A stretch of DNA of 44,489 bases. It comes from Thelocarpon superellum (lineage: Eukaryota). This document shows positions 10,441 to 23,100 of the stretch, piece after piece. A program made the translations under genes and the position numbers. The DNA is taken from the NCBI GenBank assembly GCA_026025795.1, contig JAPEUG010000110.1, positions 1-44,489 of the forward strand, given 5' to 3'. The notes beneath the pieces were generated by a model. It saw only the letters and a program-made list of their open reading frames with translations, did not search any database and was not told the DNA's origin. Position 1 is the stretch's first letter, and each line of letters begins with the position of its first letter.

Positions 10441-11565
10441 CTACGCTTGTGTGCTCTGGGCCTGCAGCTTTTGAAACTCCTTGCTGAAGGGATAGGTGAC
10501 GTAGCCATCCGCGCTCTTGGCATTGTAGAACTTGGGCCGTTCGTACGGCGTAAAGTCGATGCCCTGCTGCAGGCGAAAGGGGAGGTCCGGATTGCTGACG
10601 AAGTAGCGCCCAAAGACCACGGCGACGTCCCGGTCCTTGTAGATCTCATCGGCTGTGCGCTTGGCCGAGTCCGGTTGGAAGCCGCCGGCGATGAGCACGG
10701 GACTGGTCGTGCCCCAAAGATCAATGGCAAAGTCGACCGAGTGGGTGGCTTCGATGTCCTGGCTGCCGGCGATGCGCGATTCGACCAGATGCAGGTAGGC
10801 CAGGCCCAGCTCCTGCAGGCCGCGAACCAGGTAGCTGAATTGCGGCACGGGGTCGGCCATCTTCATGGCCTGGAAGGTGCTCCACGGGCTCAAGCGGATC
10901 GCGGTCCGCTCTTTGCCCACCGCGGCCACGACGGCCTTGGTGACCTCGAGGCCGAAGCGGGCGCGGTTCTCGATGCTGCCGCCCCACTGGTCCTCGCGCC
11001 GGTTGCTCACGTCCTGGGTGAATTGGTCAACCAGGTAGCCGTTGGCGCCGTGGATCTCGACGCCGTCAAAGCCGGCCTCGATGGCATTCTTCGCGGCGGA
11101 GGCGTAGTCGGCGATGAAGGCGTGAATCTCTGGCTCGGTCAAGGCACGGGGGACGGCGAGGTCGGGACTGATGGGAATGGCGCTGGCCGAGACGACGCCG
11201 AGGTTGCCGGGTTCGGTGGCGACGATCTCGGCTTTGGCGGCACGGCCCAAGGCCCAGAGTTGGCAAAAGATGAAGCTGCCCTTGGCGTGGACCGCATCGG
11301 TGATGGCTTTCCAGGCCTTGATCTGGGCTTGGTTGTAGATGCCCGGCACGTTATTGTATCCCGACGCTCGGGGCGAGATGAAGGTGGCCTCGGTGATGAG
11401 CAGCGTTCCGGGGACGGCGGCGCGCTGCGTATAATACTCGATGGCCATGGGGGTGTGCACATGTTGGTCATCGGCGCGGTAGCGGGTGAGCGGGGCCATG
11501 ACAACGCGGTGTTTCAATTGCACATTGCCTATCCGAAGAGGCTCGAAGAGCCTAGACGACGACAT
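10441..11565 (-). CDS. Old yellow enzyme (NADH:flavin oxidoreductase / 12-oxophytodienoate reductase family), intronless
   Basis: LFEPLRIGNVQLKHRVVMAPLTRYRA, YYTQRA..PGTLLITEATFI, QLWALGR, active-site AGFDGVEIHGANGYLVDQF, RIAG, FGRYFVSNPDL, C-terminal FY..GYVTYPF. Confidence 0.95.
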   Translation of the reverse strand: MSSSRLFEPLRIGNVQLKHRVVMAPLTRYRADDQHVHTPMAIEYYTQRAAVPGTLLITEATFISPRASGYNNVPGIYNQAQIKAWKAITDAVHAKGSFIFCQLWALGRAAKAEIVATEPGNLGVVSASAIPISPDLAVPRALTEPEIHAFIADYASAAKNAIEAGFDGVEIHGANGYLVDQFTQDVSNRREDQWGGSIENRARFGLEVTKAVVAAVGKERTAIRLSPWSTFQAMKMADPVPQFSYLVRGLQELGLAYLHLVESRIAGSQDIEATHSVDFAIDLWGTTSPVLIAGGFQPDSAKRTADEIYKDRDVAVVFGRYFVSNPDLPFRLQQGIDFTPYERPKFYNAKSADGYVTYPFSKEFQKLQAQSTQA

Positions 11566-12366
11566 GGTGGGGGGGATGTCAATGACCGGTAGGTTGCAGA
11601 GGGGTTGAAATGGGAACAACTTGGACCGCGGAACGAATTGATCTGCAGAGTCAATCTCTCCACGAGACGGCGTGGTGTTCTTATCTACTGGTGTTCGGCC
11701 CGGTCACGATGAATGTCCTGGGTTAGTTTGGCCGAGGGATTGGATTTCCAAGCAACAGGCCTGGAGCTGCTACATTCAGCACGAGCCATTTCTTCCACTC
11801 CCTCCATGTTATTCCTCATCACGTCCATCATCGCCGCCCGTTTCTTTTCGGTTCTTCGCTCCCTGGACGATTGACGTGCCCTTCCCGATCAGCATCGTGA
11901 TGCACGACTAATCAATTCTTCAGTGGAAGATTCGGGGCACCGATGACGTGATTGCGGCCCATGAACCGAAGGTCGAGTGCGCAGATCACTAATCCGCGCT
12001 CTCTGCTGGGCATAGCGGTCTTACTACGCTACGGTTGGCCGGAGCTTCCAGGCGCGCGCTCTGAGGCATACTGCGACCATGAACGACGGCATCCGAGTAT
12101 CCTATGTGCCTGCCAGGCTATGTAAGCGGCGGACATTTTCCCGTACCATTCCTTACCCGGCACGCATATTTCGCCAGGTAGCACGGCGTGGTCGACGTGT
12201 AGGGGCAGCGGCAGGACTGTATCACGCCGAACTGGGGACGGGGACCAACTGGCGAGTGGCTCGGCGGGTAAGCGTGAATCACCGGTCGCGTCCCTCCGCG
12301 ACTTGGCCCAGGTCGGCACCGTGTTTACCTTGACCTGTTTTCTGATCACCACATTGCCCCTCAACC

Positions 12367-14153
12367 ATGGCCACTCCAGCTGCTCGGCCGTCACGCAGCG
12401 GCAGGAAGTCCCTGCTGCCGCCGCCGGCCATCGATGCGACGCAAGCCAGAGATCGGGCCGCTGGGCGCATCACGCCTCGAACCTCCGTGGCCAACGACGC
12501 TCTGGCCGCCGCGGTCAAGGAGACTCCGTATGCCAGCGTGCGTGGCCTGTCCCCGGCTCGCTGAAGATCGCGCACTGACATGACCTCCAGCTTCGGCAAC
12601 TGGCCGGGCTGATCCAAAAGCCTTCCACACCCTTGCAGCCGTCCAGCGTCGGTCCGCCCTCCTCACGAGGCCCCACCCGCCGCACGCCCTCCGCCGCCCT
12701 TCGCACTCCGGGCACCGCAGGCACGCGTGTCGGCAAACGCCCTGCGCCCACCACGCCCCATGCCCTCCGAGCTCTCCAGCAGCGACGGGCCGCCGCTCTC
12801 ACCCCCGGCCGCGACCGCCGGCGGAGCGGACGACTTCAGCGCGAAACCCCGCGCGAGGCTTTGCGGCAACTGAGCAAGAGTGCGTCGAGACGCTCCGAAT
12901 CAATTGGAGTTTGACCAGACGCTGATCGATGTAGTTCTCGCACCGAACACACAACCCGTCCAGCCATCCCCCGACCTTCTCGACACGAGCCCCGAGAAGC
13001 TCCCGATCCGGTACGACGATGACTTTGACGCCGAGCCCGACCTACCGGCACCGGAATTATCGATGCCCATCGACGAAGAGGACGAGGATAGCTACCAGCC
13101 AGCGCCCCCTGAGCTATCCGCCATCTTTGACGAAAACAACTACACCCAACAGTCCGTCGAGGTCCCGCGACGCGCGGTGAACGAATTCGCCGAGGGCCGG
13201 CTGGCTCGAGGAAGTTTTGGGAGCATCCGGTTTAGTGACCGCTTTGCCGAACTGAGCGGGCTCGACGCTGCCTTTCCACCCAGCGAAGAAGGAGGAGACA
13301 GCATGGTTCGCCCCGACGAGGCTGGTTTGGAAGAGGACATGGATGAGATCTCTGGCGCGGGGTGCGTACCGCTCCCGTCACCACCCGCTGACCCCGCTAA
13401 CCCTCTTGCAGAGAGCATACGCGAGATCTGCCTCGAGCCCTTCTCGATCAGGGCCCGGAGACTCCGACCGACCTCGATCCTGCGCCACCGGAGGGCGACG
13501 ACGAGACGACATTCCTGTTCAACGTGCCAAATGCGAGCCGAGACGCCGCGCTGTCATCTCCTCCGCCCCCGCCCATGGAAGAGCTGGACGATGAGGGGGG
13601 GCATGATCCGTTGGTCGACGACCGTGCGGAGACAGACGGTCGCCGCGACATCGCGGGCGCTCCATCTTCCACGAGGCGGCCCAAAGCCCAAAAGGCGCTC
13701 AAACTCTCCCGACATGGCATTCCCTATCCCTCGCTACCGATTGGCGTGGTCAAGAAAATGGCGTCGACGTTTGTCCAGGCCCAGGGCAAAGCCAGATCGA
13801 ACCTCAACACCGAGACCATGGCGGCCATGATGCAAGCCACGGATTGGTTCTTTGAGCAGGTCAGCGATGATCTGGGCACCTTTGCCCGACATGCGGGCCG
13901 GAAGACGATCGATGAGAGCGACATGATCACTCTGATGAAGAGGTAGGTCTGCGATGGGCTGGCTGGCACACCATATCTAACGGTCTTGTACAGACAACGG
14001 CAGGTCACCGCTACCGCAACGCCCTTTTCCCTGGCCCAACGCTATCTACCGCGGGAGCTACTCCAAGATCTCCGCATGCCGGTGCCGATCGTGTCACGAC
14101 GAAAGGAAACGCTCTCGACGGTGCCGGAGGAGGAAGATGAATCGATGCAATGA
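12367..14153 (+). CDS. Kinetochore protein CENP-T (Cnp20/Cnn1-like) with a C-terminal histone fold
   Basis: Exons 12367-12537, 12591-12879, 12935-13361, 13412-13942 and 13994-14153, all with GT..AG introns that keep frame. Motifs: RETPREALRQLSK, and histone fold SLPIGVVKK..ATDWFFEQVSDDLGTFARHAGRKTIDESDMITLMKRQRQ..FSLAQRYLPRELLQDLR. Confidence 0.88.
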
Positions 14154-14187
14154 TCAACGATGGCACAATCACCCTCTAGCGTCCTGA

Positions 14188-15324
14188 TCACCACTCTTTG
14201 TTCTGGCGCACCTTGCGCGCCACCTCCGATGGCGGTCTGCGCACGACCATCCACAACATGATCGCCGTGGCCGCAGATAGGGCATACCTGGGTACTTTAG
14301 CGTGGCGCAGCGGAGATCGGGCACGGGATGGCATTACCATGTAAATATGTACTGGCTGTGGTTGTTTCTCAAGTTCACTTCGGCCGGTCGGCCAATAGGG
14401 ATGCCCTTGGCCTCACCTGGGAGGGGATCAGAACATGGACGAGCCATTCATGACGATGTCACTCACGGTCATATGCGCTCAGTAAGTCAGGGGCTATGTC
14501 AAGTCAGCCTGGCACGACGATACCAGATGCGCAACGGACTCATCGTTTCTTCGATCCACACCGGTTGGCTGCCCGTCAGTCGCGCCATCTGGGCCACGTC
14601 GGGAAAGTAGTACTCGTGCGTCTCGGGCCGGTTGTCGGGCGTGAACATGTTCTTCTTCCACGGCTCTCGCAGCAGTCCGCGCACGACCACCTCGTCCGTG
14701 GGCAGGGCGTCCCTCCGATCCTGCTGCCGCTTGAACCTCTTCTGGATCCAGCCCCGATTCACCAGCACCGTCGTCCCGCCCTCACGTTCCAGCGGCGTGA
14801 TGACCAGGTACCCATTCTCTCCGTCGTGGATGCGTGGACCGATCAACATCTCCTGGTCATGACGAAATCGACCCGTTGCCTCCACGCGTCGGTAGTCGAA
14901 CTCGGCGACGGCGCTTGGATCGATGCGGGGTGGGAGAGGGAGTGGGTCTCGGACGAGTCGGTCCTCGAAGCGTGCAATCAGGTCCGTCTTCCATCCCAGT
15001 CGCTGGACCTGCCACGTGCCCAGCGCAAAGGCGGTGATGGGGATGATGGCTAGATGGCATTAGCGGGTGCGACGAGTGGGGAGGACGTGGCAGCACACCT
15101 AAGATGATGATTCCGGGACCATGACGTTTGCCCGTCCTGATCAGGTTCGGGGGGTTATCCACGATCGAGGAGAAGGCTGGGTCATCTGCCGGGGTGTGGG
15201 CATCTCGGCGTTGGAGACGGGGAGTGCATCGTACCGGACTGGCGTATGTCGTGCCGGAGTTGAGTAATCGAGGCGACGACGGCCTTGGGCGTGCTCTACA
15301 TACGAGCCGTGGCAGAGAGTTCAT
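14188..15324 (-). CDS. SHY1: Cytochrome c oxidase assembly protein Shy1 (SURF1)
   Basis: Exons 15324-15099, 15049-14540, 14493-14467, 14416-14338 and 14287-14188. Motifs: AIIPITAFALGTWQVQRLGWK, GYLVITPL, VLVNRGWI, KKNMFTPDN, VNLRNNHSQYIFTWY. Arg-rich mitochondrial presequence. Confidence 0.95.
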
Positions 15325-15804
15325 GGTGGGGTGCAAGACGTTGTGACATGTCAATAACACGGCAGTTGAAGGCGGAGGTGGAGGTGATTGTGAGCTTCGA
15401 TGTTGTCAACTCGGTGGCGTGGTGGTGTGGCGGTGTAGTGATGTAGTGATGTAGTGCCGTGGCATTGTGGTAGGGATCGGTCCGGAGGATTCTGGACCAG
15501 CAGCTCCTCAAGTACTCCCCCACCTTGGATCAGTACTTCTACATCTCGTATACACCAAGGTGGCGCCGATGCCGACGGTCACGTTGCACCAATCCTAGCT
15601 GGTCGGATTACTTATGGTTGGGATATCACCGTCCATCGAGCTTGAATTCGACGTTGCGGAGGGCGGCCTATGTGATATCATCATTCGCGTGTGCGGACGG
15701 GTTACGTTAGGGAGGTCAAGTGGTCGACATTTCCCCTTGGGTCCTTTGGTCCTTTGACCCCACGTTCATCCTCCAACTACGTCGCCTCTACACCTCGAGC
15801 GAGG

Positions 15805-17528
15805 ATGCCTGAAGGCTTTTACCACACCGGTGGGGTTCGACATGGCATCGACCAGGCAGGACGAGAGGGGAAATCCGTCGTGTGCTTCGTTCGAGGTAAG
15901 CACCATCAGCGTGTTCCGAGACGTGCTGAGCGTCTGCAGACGATGGCCCGGAGAGTGCCATGTGGGAGAATGACTTCCTCTTCGATCCAGAGGTAACGAT
16001 GCCGCGGCAGATGATGCGTCGTGGACTAAGCGCCCTCTAGGTCATGGCCACGTTGACAGCTGGAGCCATCGTCCTCCGTCTCGACCTGCATTCCTCGGAA
16101 GCGATGTTCCTGGCCGTGCTGAGTCCACGGGCCATCGAACAGGCCCCGGCAGTCGTCTTGCTACAGTATGGTCCAGACAGCGACACGCGAGGGTCATGCT
16201 GATGCGAGCTGTTGCAGGACGGGTCGGATCCAGCTCTTTCTCTACCGCGGCATCACCAAGGCACAGTTCAAAACGGTGGTCATCGGGTCGTTGGAAGGGA
16301 GACCACCCACGGCAGTTGCAGCACCACCCGGCGAACCTGCAGCTCCAGCGACATCTGCGATAGCTCCGGTCGTGGAGAATCGACCGCCGGTTGTCGCAAA
16401 CCGAGCGCCCAGCTATTCTCACAAGGATACGCAGACGGAGACGCCGTTGCCAACCGCCGAGGCCTCCATTTTGGCCTCCCCAGCGACTACCGCCGGCGTT
16501 GGCACGTCCAGTGCGACGGCGGAGAGAACGGCAAGCGCTCGGTCTACCGATACCCAGTCCAGCAGCACCGCACGAGCGGCCAGCCGAGTGGCCAAGGGGA
16601 AAAGCGTGGCAGAGGAGGTGAAGAGCCCCACGGGGACGGCGGCCGTGGAGGATGCCAAACGAGCGGCGGAGATCAAGTACGCTCTGATTCGCAAGAAGCG
16701 GGAGCAAGAAGCCCGCAACGAACGAGAGCGCATCCTACGGCTGGTGGAGCACGATCGACGGGAACGAAAGGAGCGGGAAGACCGACGAAAGGGGGTGCTC
16801 GCGACCAACGAAGGCAGAGAGGTCGCACCGAAGGCTGCTGGAACGAAGCACGCTCCGAGCGAGGCGCGTGAATGCGCCCTTCAGGTCCGACTTCTGGACG
16901 GCACGACGATCCGATCGCGCTTCCCATCGACGCAGACTCTGCGGGAGGATGTGCGGCAGTGGGTGGACGAGAACCGCAGGGGAGACGACACACCCTACAA
17001 CTTCAAGCAGATCCTTGCCCCTCTGCCCAATCGAATGCTGTCTATCTCGGAGGAGGAAGAAAGCCTCCACTCGCTCGGTCTCACGCCGAACGCGACCCTC
17101 GTGCTCTCTCCGATCCAGAACCCGGCGACGAGCGCCTACGGTCAATCGACCTCGGGCAATGTCGTCTCGCGCAGCGTCTCCTTTGGCTACTCGACCGTGA
17201 CTTCGGGTGTGGGTCTCGTGGCGGGGACATTGGGGGGTCTTCTCGGCGTCGGCTCGACGGCGCCCTCCGCGGACGAGCCGTCTTCGTCCAGGACGGGTAC
17301 ACCGGCGCAGGTCGACCTGGCGCGTGGACCATCTGGAATCAACGTGCGCACCCTCCACGACCAACGCGGCGGGCATGGCGATCGTCAATTCTACAACGGG
17401 AACCAGGTGGGTCTTCCTGAGTCGGCATCTTGAGGCGTCGCTGACGCGGCTAGCTAAACTTTGAGCCGAACGAACGGGACGAGGCCGGGGACGGGGTGGA
17501 GGATGAGGACGAAGATGCGGACAGTTGA
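15805..17528 (+). CDS. UBX-domain protein (Ubx7/UBXN4-like Cdc48 cofactor)
   Basis: Exons 15805-15895, 15940-15992, 16041-16165, 16218-17406 and 17454-17528. N-terminal thioredoxin-like segment (EGKSVVCFVRDD..WE), coiled coil ERERILRLVEHDRRERKE, UBX domain CALQVRLLDGTTIRSRF..LGLTPNATLVL, and terminal FYNGNQLNFEP. Confidence 0.9.
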
Positions 17529-17602
17529 TTTGTCCTTTTCATTTGAAGACCACTTGTATGATGGACCGGACCGGAAGGACAGGCGCGCTTGGGGCATGGC
17601 TA

Positions 17603-17642
17603 TGGACATGGACATGGACATGGACATGGACATGGACACGGA
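17603..17642. repeat. (GGACAT)n hexamer microsatellite
   Basis: About 6 copies, in the UBX 3' region. Confidence 0.9.
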
Positions 17643-17989
17643 CAGAGCCGGGGACAGCGAGCAAACAGGCATAAGTTTACGTCTATGAAAGGACGCGGAC
17701 AGGGCGAGTAGAACACAGTCCGTGTGGACCCTGTAGGAAATCAAGACTCGTCCATTCACATGGCCTGGATGGACACAATGACAGATGGTACGGACGGGCT
17801 GTGGCAGATTCTCTGTTGCGAAGCTTCATCCCGGGCACAACCAATCAGGAAGCTCAACGATCCTCGTGACGAGGACCTTGAAATGCAAACATCCTCTTCT
17901 CTCTTCCTTGCCATCATACCTCGATCTTTCGTCTCTGCAACTCCTTCTCATCTCCGTCCGTACCCACGTCCACATTGACATCCATCAAC

Positions 17990-18719
17990 ATGCCCCGTCA
18001 ACGCCGCAGTGCCGCTCCCGCCGCTCGACGGCCCACCGTCGCCCCAGCCCGACCAAATGTGACTCCGCCGCAACAAGGTCCCAACCGGTCCGCCACGACG
18101 CTCGCGCGCCCCGTCGGCCCCAACGGAGTACAAGGCCAAGGACCGGCGACACAGACGCAGCAGCCAGGGCAGAAGCAGCCGGGTCTCTTTGGCCAGATGG
18201 TCAGCACGGCAGCGTACGTGGCCTTTCTCTCCGAGTCCTACGTCCTTGCTACGTTCTGTACCGCTGTCTCGTCCACACAGCCTCTCTCTCTCGCAGACTC
18301 GTCCTACACAAGCTGATGTGTGTTATGGCCATACAGCGGCGTGGCCATCGGCTCGTCCATCGGCCACAGCATCGGCGGATTCTTTGGTGGCTCGAGCGAC
18401 AACGCCGCGACGGCTGAGTCGCAGGGCACGAACGACAACGCAGCGATGGGCTATGATGGCGGCAACACCGCCGCGACGAACGCGAACGCCCACTCGACCT
18501 CGAGCTCGTGGGGTGCACCATCGTGCGAGCAGGACGCACGCTCGTTCACCAAATGCCTGGACCAGAATGGCGGCAACATGCAGATCTGTGGCTGGTACTT
18601 GGAGCAGCTGGTAAGGGACATCTTCCTCGTGCTTTCGTACCTTGCGAGAAGAGGTGTGGCTGACGTGGTGCGTGTGTGTGCTGCAGAAAGCGTGCCAGCA
18701 GGCTGCTAGTCAGTATTGA
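17990..18719 (+). CDS. MIX17: Mitochondrial intermembrane-space CHCH protein Mix17 (CHCHD2/10 family)
   Basis: Exons 17990-18213, 18337-18610 and 18687-18719. MPRQRR start, PGLFGQMVSTAAGVAIGSSIGHSIGGFFGG, and twin Cx9C motif CEQDARSFTKC..ICGWYLEQLKAC. Confidence 0.95.
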
Positions 18720-19022
18720 ACATTCATCGATCGATCCAGAACCGGTCGACGGCCGAGGGTCCGGTGGAGGAGCGTGATGGAAGAATGAGGGAGGAAGAGG
18801 AAGGAAGAGGAATAGGAAAGGGAGAGGGAGTCCAAATCATTCCCCACTCTGTACCAGACGATAGTTATTGCGTAGTGGAAACAGTAGAGAATAGTAGACA
18901 ATTTTCAGCATAGCATAACAGATGATGAATCGGACAGAGGAAATCTTCTTGCTTTTCTCTTCTCTTTTCTTCTCTTCTCATTGGGTACGTAGTGCGACGA
19001 CCGACGGTTCTCTGGGAGAAAG

Positions 19023-19023
19023 A

Positions 19024-19092
<69 letters not shown>

Positions 19093-19122
19093 TGGAGAGT
19101 GGAGAGCGGAGAGCGGAGAGCG
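19023..19122. repeat. (GGAGAGC)n heptamer repeat, about 14 copies, inside a purine-rich tract
   Basis: Directly visible, with two ggagagt variant units. Confidence 0.95.
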
Positions 19123-19439
19123 AAGGAGGAGAATAGAGGAGAGTGGAGAGGAGTGGAGGAGGATGGAGCAGGGCAGAGCAGAGAATGGAGCGGGGCGGAG
19201 CGGAGCGGAGAAGAACAGAGTATCCCCTAATCGAAATCCATACGACTCAATGTGTTGAAATGTAGAACCTACAAAATCAAAGCAGAATAGATCCAGACAA
19301 TCAATCACCCAGACCAAACCTGCTCTCTTCTCCCACATGAGCAGTCATAACCTCTCGTTATGTCCCGTAACATCTTGTCTTAATCTACACCTTCCCATCT
19401 CCAATATCAATCGAGATGTGAATTCGGTACGTCCACGTA

Positions 19440-19481
19440 CCTTCCTTCCTTCCTTCCTTCCTTCCTTCCTTCCTTCCTTCC
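19440..19481. repeat. (CCTT)n tetranucleotide microsatellite
   Basis: About 10 perfect copies. Confidence 0.95.
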
Positions 19482-19599
19482 ACTTAGCTACACCCCACAT
19501 GTCCCGCTGCTCTTAATAGCCTGTGAACGCACGCCCTGCGTGTGCCCAAGCGCCGTAATCGACGCTTGTTATACCGCCCGCTCGGCCTTGTTATTATCA

Positions 19600-19623
19600 A
19601 AGAGAGAGAGAGAGAGAGAGAGA
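19600..19623. repeat. (AG)n dinucleotide microsatellite
   Basis: About 11-12 copies. Confidence 0.9.
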
Positions 19624-20106
19624 TGTGCTGCACAGTTGGGCTTCGAGGTTCAAGTGAATTGATGTGGTTGATCCATGCTATCCCATCTCATCTGCTTGGC
19701 TGCCCGAGTAAAGGCACTTGATACGTCGTCAATCACCCCTATCCCTTACCGTCTGTCTGCCCAGAGTCGATAGCAGGGGAAGGGGAGCAAGCAGCGCGCT
19801 CGAGCTCCATCGCTGCGTGGAGGGGTCAGGGTCGTAGGTGGTGGCCGGACAAAGGCATGTGTCCACTCGCAGGCACGAGTCCACCCGCGGCAAGGCTCAG
19901 TGAAGGAGTCTCGGGCCGCAGCCGGGCGGGGGTGGCGCTGGAGTCAGCATGGAGCCGTCCACGGAGCCGTGGTGCTAGCAGTGTCGCGAGGGAGGGATGT
20001 ATGATATGATCCCTGGACTGTGTCTCATCCCGTCCAAGAGCATGTCGTGCGCGTGCCTGGCTCCACCGGCGAGATGACAGGACGCCGCCAGGCCTGGCAT
20101 GCGACA

Positions 20107-23100
20107 TCAAGGAGTGCTCAGTTCGGACAGCGGGCCCTCCCCTTCCTCCGGGATGGTGGAGCAGTAGTACTTCAGAACATGCTTCAGCGCGGGCCGCTTG
20201 ATGGGCTTGGCCAAGAAGTAATTCATGCCCGAATCCATACCTGGAGAGAGAGCACCAGCATTAGCTTTGACGTCGTCCTGTCCTGTGCTGATGGCGAGCA
20301 ACGAGTCTTACAATCCTTCACGTTGCTCTCTTCCGCGAATGCTGTGAGCGCTACAATCGGCGCCGAGCAGCCCGTTCCGCGGATCAGGCGAGTGCTTTCG
20401 AGTCCGTCGACGTTCGGCATCTGGAGGTCTGAATGTCAGCTTCCGTGTATCACGACTCACACGTTGGGCCGTCGGTCGGGTCGTCCGTACCTGGATATCC
20501 ATAAAGATCAGGTTAAAGGGCTTGTCCTGCTCCAGGCTGTCCTTGACCTTCTGAAACGCCTCGTGGCCATCTCTGGCCACGGAGACATCTGGGCCACTGC
20601 GTCAGGAAGTCATACATGCCGAGGATGCCATGGCCAGCTCACCGTAAATCTCCTCCAGCTTCAGCATGCGTAAGATGACCTCTTGATTGACCCGATTGTC
20701 TTCCGCAACCAGCACGCGCACCTTGTCACCCGCCTTGAGCGCCTCGGCCGTGGCGTTGTCGACGGCGGTGTTGTGCTCCGTCGCCGTCGCCGTCGACGCC
20801 GGCGGGGAGGTAAAGTATGGCTGGCTCAGTCCGACCAGGCGTGGCTCCGCGGTGTTGTCGAAGTTGTTGCTGTGCACCGAGGCCAGGGACCGAGTGGACT
20901 CTGAGTCGGTGCTGGCGGTCGGTGGGAGGGCGAGCGCGTTCTCCCCCAGGGCGGATGCGACGAGACTGGTGCGACTGGTGCGACTGGTGCGACTGGTGCG
21001 ACTGTTGCGACTGTTGCGACCGGAGGTGAGATTCGGTGCGGAGCTCGCCGCGCTGTCGGCGGCTTCCCGGAGGAACTTCAGGGGGATGCGCAAGGTGAAG
21101 GTGCTGCCGACGCCCTCGCGGCTCCGCAAGGAGATGGATCCTCCCAACAGCTGCGCCAGCTGGGAGCAGATGCTGAGCCCGAGCCCGGTGCCACCAAACT
21201 TCCGCGACAGGCCGAGGTCGCCTTGGACAAAGGGCTCAAACACGCGGGCCTGCAGATGCTCGGGGATGCCGGGTCCAGAGTCCTCCACCTCGAACTCGAA
21301 CAGCAGCGTTCTCGCATGCGTGCACGACGGCGAACCCGCTCGGTCGCCGGTGGAGGGCCGGGACACCTGGCTCGCGCTGGAGGCCTTGATGACCGGGGCT
21401 TGACCGGCGCTCCCATCCCGGCCGGGAGCGTGGCCCAGTCCTTGGGAGGTGGAAGAGCTGGACGGGGGCCGACCAAGGCGAGGCCGCCGTGGCGATTGGG
21501 GCTCTGCGTCCGTCGACCGGCCTTCCCCCGTGCATCGCATGCGCAGCTCGACGGCGTGTCCCGGGGGCGTGAACTTCAAGCTGTTGCTGACGAGATTGAT
21601 GAGGACCTGCAGGATGCGGTTCTGATCGCCCCACAGGCACATGTCCTGCACCCTGCCCGTGTCGGGCGGTGCGCCGGCCCGGTCGCCGGTCGTGTCGGCC
21701 GCGCTTGCAAAGGTCGCTTGGAGGCCGATGTGACAGTCCTTGGCTTGCTTGTCGAAGATGCTCAGGATCTGGGTGCGAATGTCGGACAGGCGAAACTCCT
21801 TCTCCTCCAGCTTCAGCTGATGGCCAATCTCGTTCCGGCTGAACATGAGCAAGTCGGTCAAGAGGTGCAACAGGAGATCGCCGGATCGGTAGATGATCTT
21901 CAGGGACCGTTTGATCTTGCCCATGTCGTCGTCGTGCATGCAGACCTCCGTCATGCCCAGGATGCCGTTCAGCGGCGTCTTCAACTCGTGCGAGATGTTG
22001 GCGATGAAGAGCGTCTTGCTCTCGTTGGCCACTTCCGCCGCCTTCTTGCTGATCTCCAACTCTCGCGTGCGTTCGGCCACGCGCGCCTCCAATTTCTCGT
22101 ACTGCATCATCAGCTCGTCCGACATTTCGTTGAACGTGCCCGTCAGGTCCGTCAGCTCGTCTTTGATCCAATGCGTGCGTTGGGGCACCTTGGCTGGGAT
22201 GCGAAAGGTCCGTCCCGGGGCGCGCCGCGTTGGATCCCGGCCCGTGGCCCTCCATCGCGACCGCCGTGCCAGCGAGCCCGCGCTCTTCTCCGCCGGCGTC
22301 GCGTCTTGCGCTGCGGACGGGCCTGGCGCGCGCGGGGGGTCGAGGAGGTGGGGTGGGTCGACGGACTGCCGGGTGGCCGCACCAAGCTGACGGATGGGGC
22401 GCACGGAGTAATGAGCGATGGGGAACAGCAACAGCGCCAACACCCCGATGGTGCCGAAGACGCAGGCGAGCACCACCTTCCGCAGGTAATCGATCGGCGC
22501 AAAGACTTCGTCACGCGACTGCTCGAAGACCAGGAGCCAGTCCACCAGGGTGGTGGGCAGCATGGCGTAGCCCACGGAGACGGTCTGGCCCTCTTCATTC
22601 GTGGTGGAGATCAAGGACCCCTCGGTCGCGGTGCTCGCCGAGAAGAAGGCCTCGTCCGCCGCGGGGTAGTCCGGCGCTGGGAAGGGCAGACGCGGCTTGC
22701 CCCTCCCAAACGCACGCGCCTCATGACGATTGCCGATGGTTTGATTGCTCGCGGGCGGCAAGACGAAGACCAGACTCTGGTTTCTGCCGGCACTCGGGTC
22801 CGCGGGCGTTTGATTGGCGGGGGGGAACTTGTTGAAGGCGCGGTTGGGACCGATCAAGAGCACTTGGCCCGTCTGAGCGAGACCTTGCGGTGCTTGGACA
22901 ATGTCGTAGATCGTCCGGGCGTTGATGACAATCGTGAGCCAGCCCAGGATGTCGCTTGTGGCGAGGCTGTTGTTGATCGGCACCGTGATGGAGATCAACG
23001 AGAAGGTCGCGTTGAGCGTGAGGGGACCGAGGACGACGCAGGAGGTCGAGGAAAGCTCTTGTCCATCGAGGAAGGCGTTGGATTGATTGGCGGTCGTGGC

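Noticed and set aside
10348..11592. 414-aa plus-strand ORF
   Set aside because: Antisense shadow of the codon-biased OYE gene, with no recognisable motifs.
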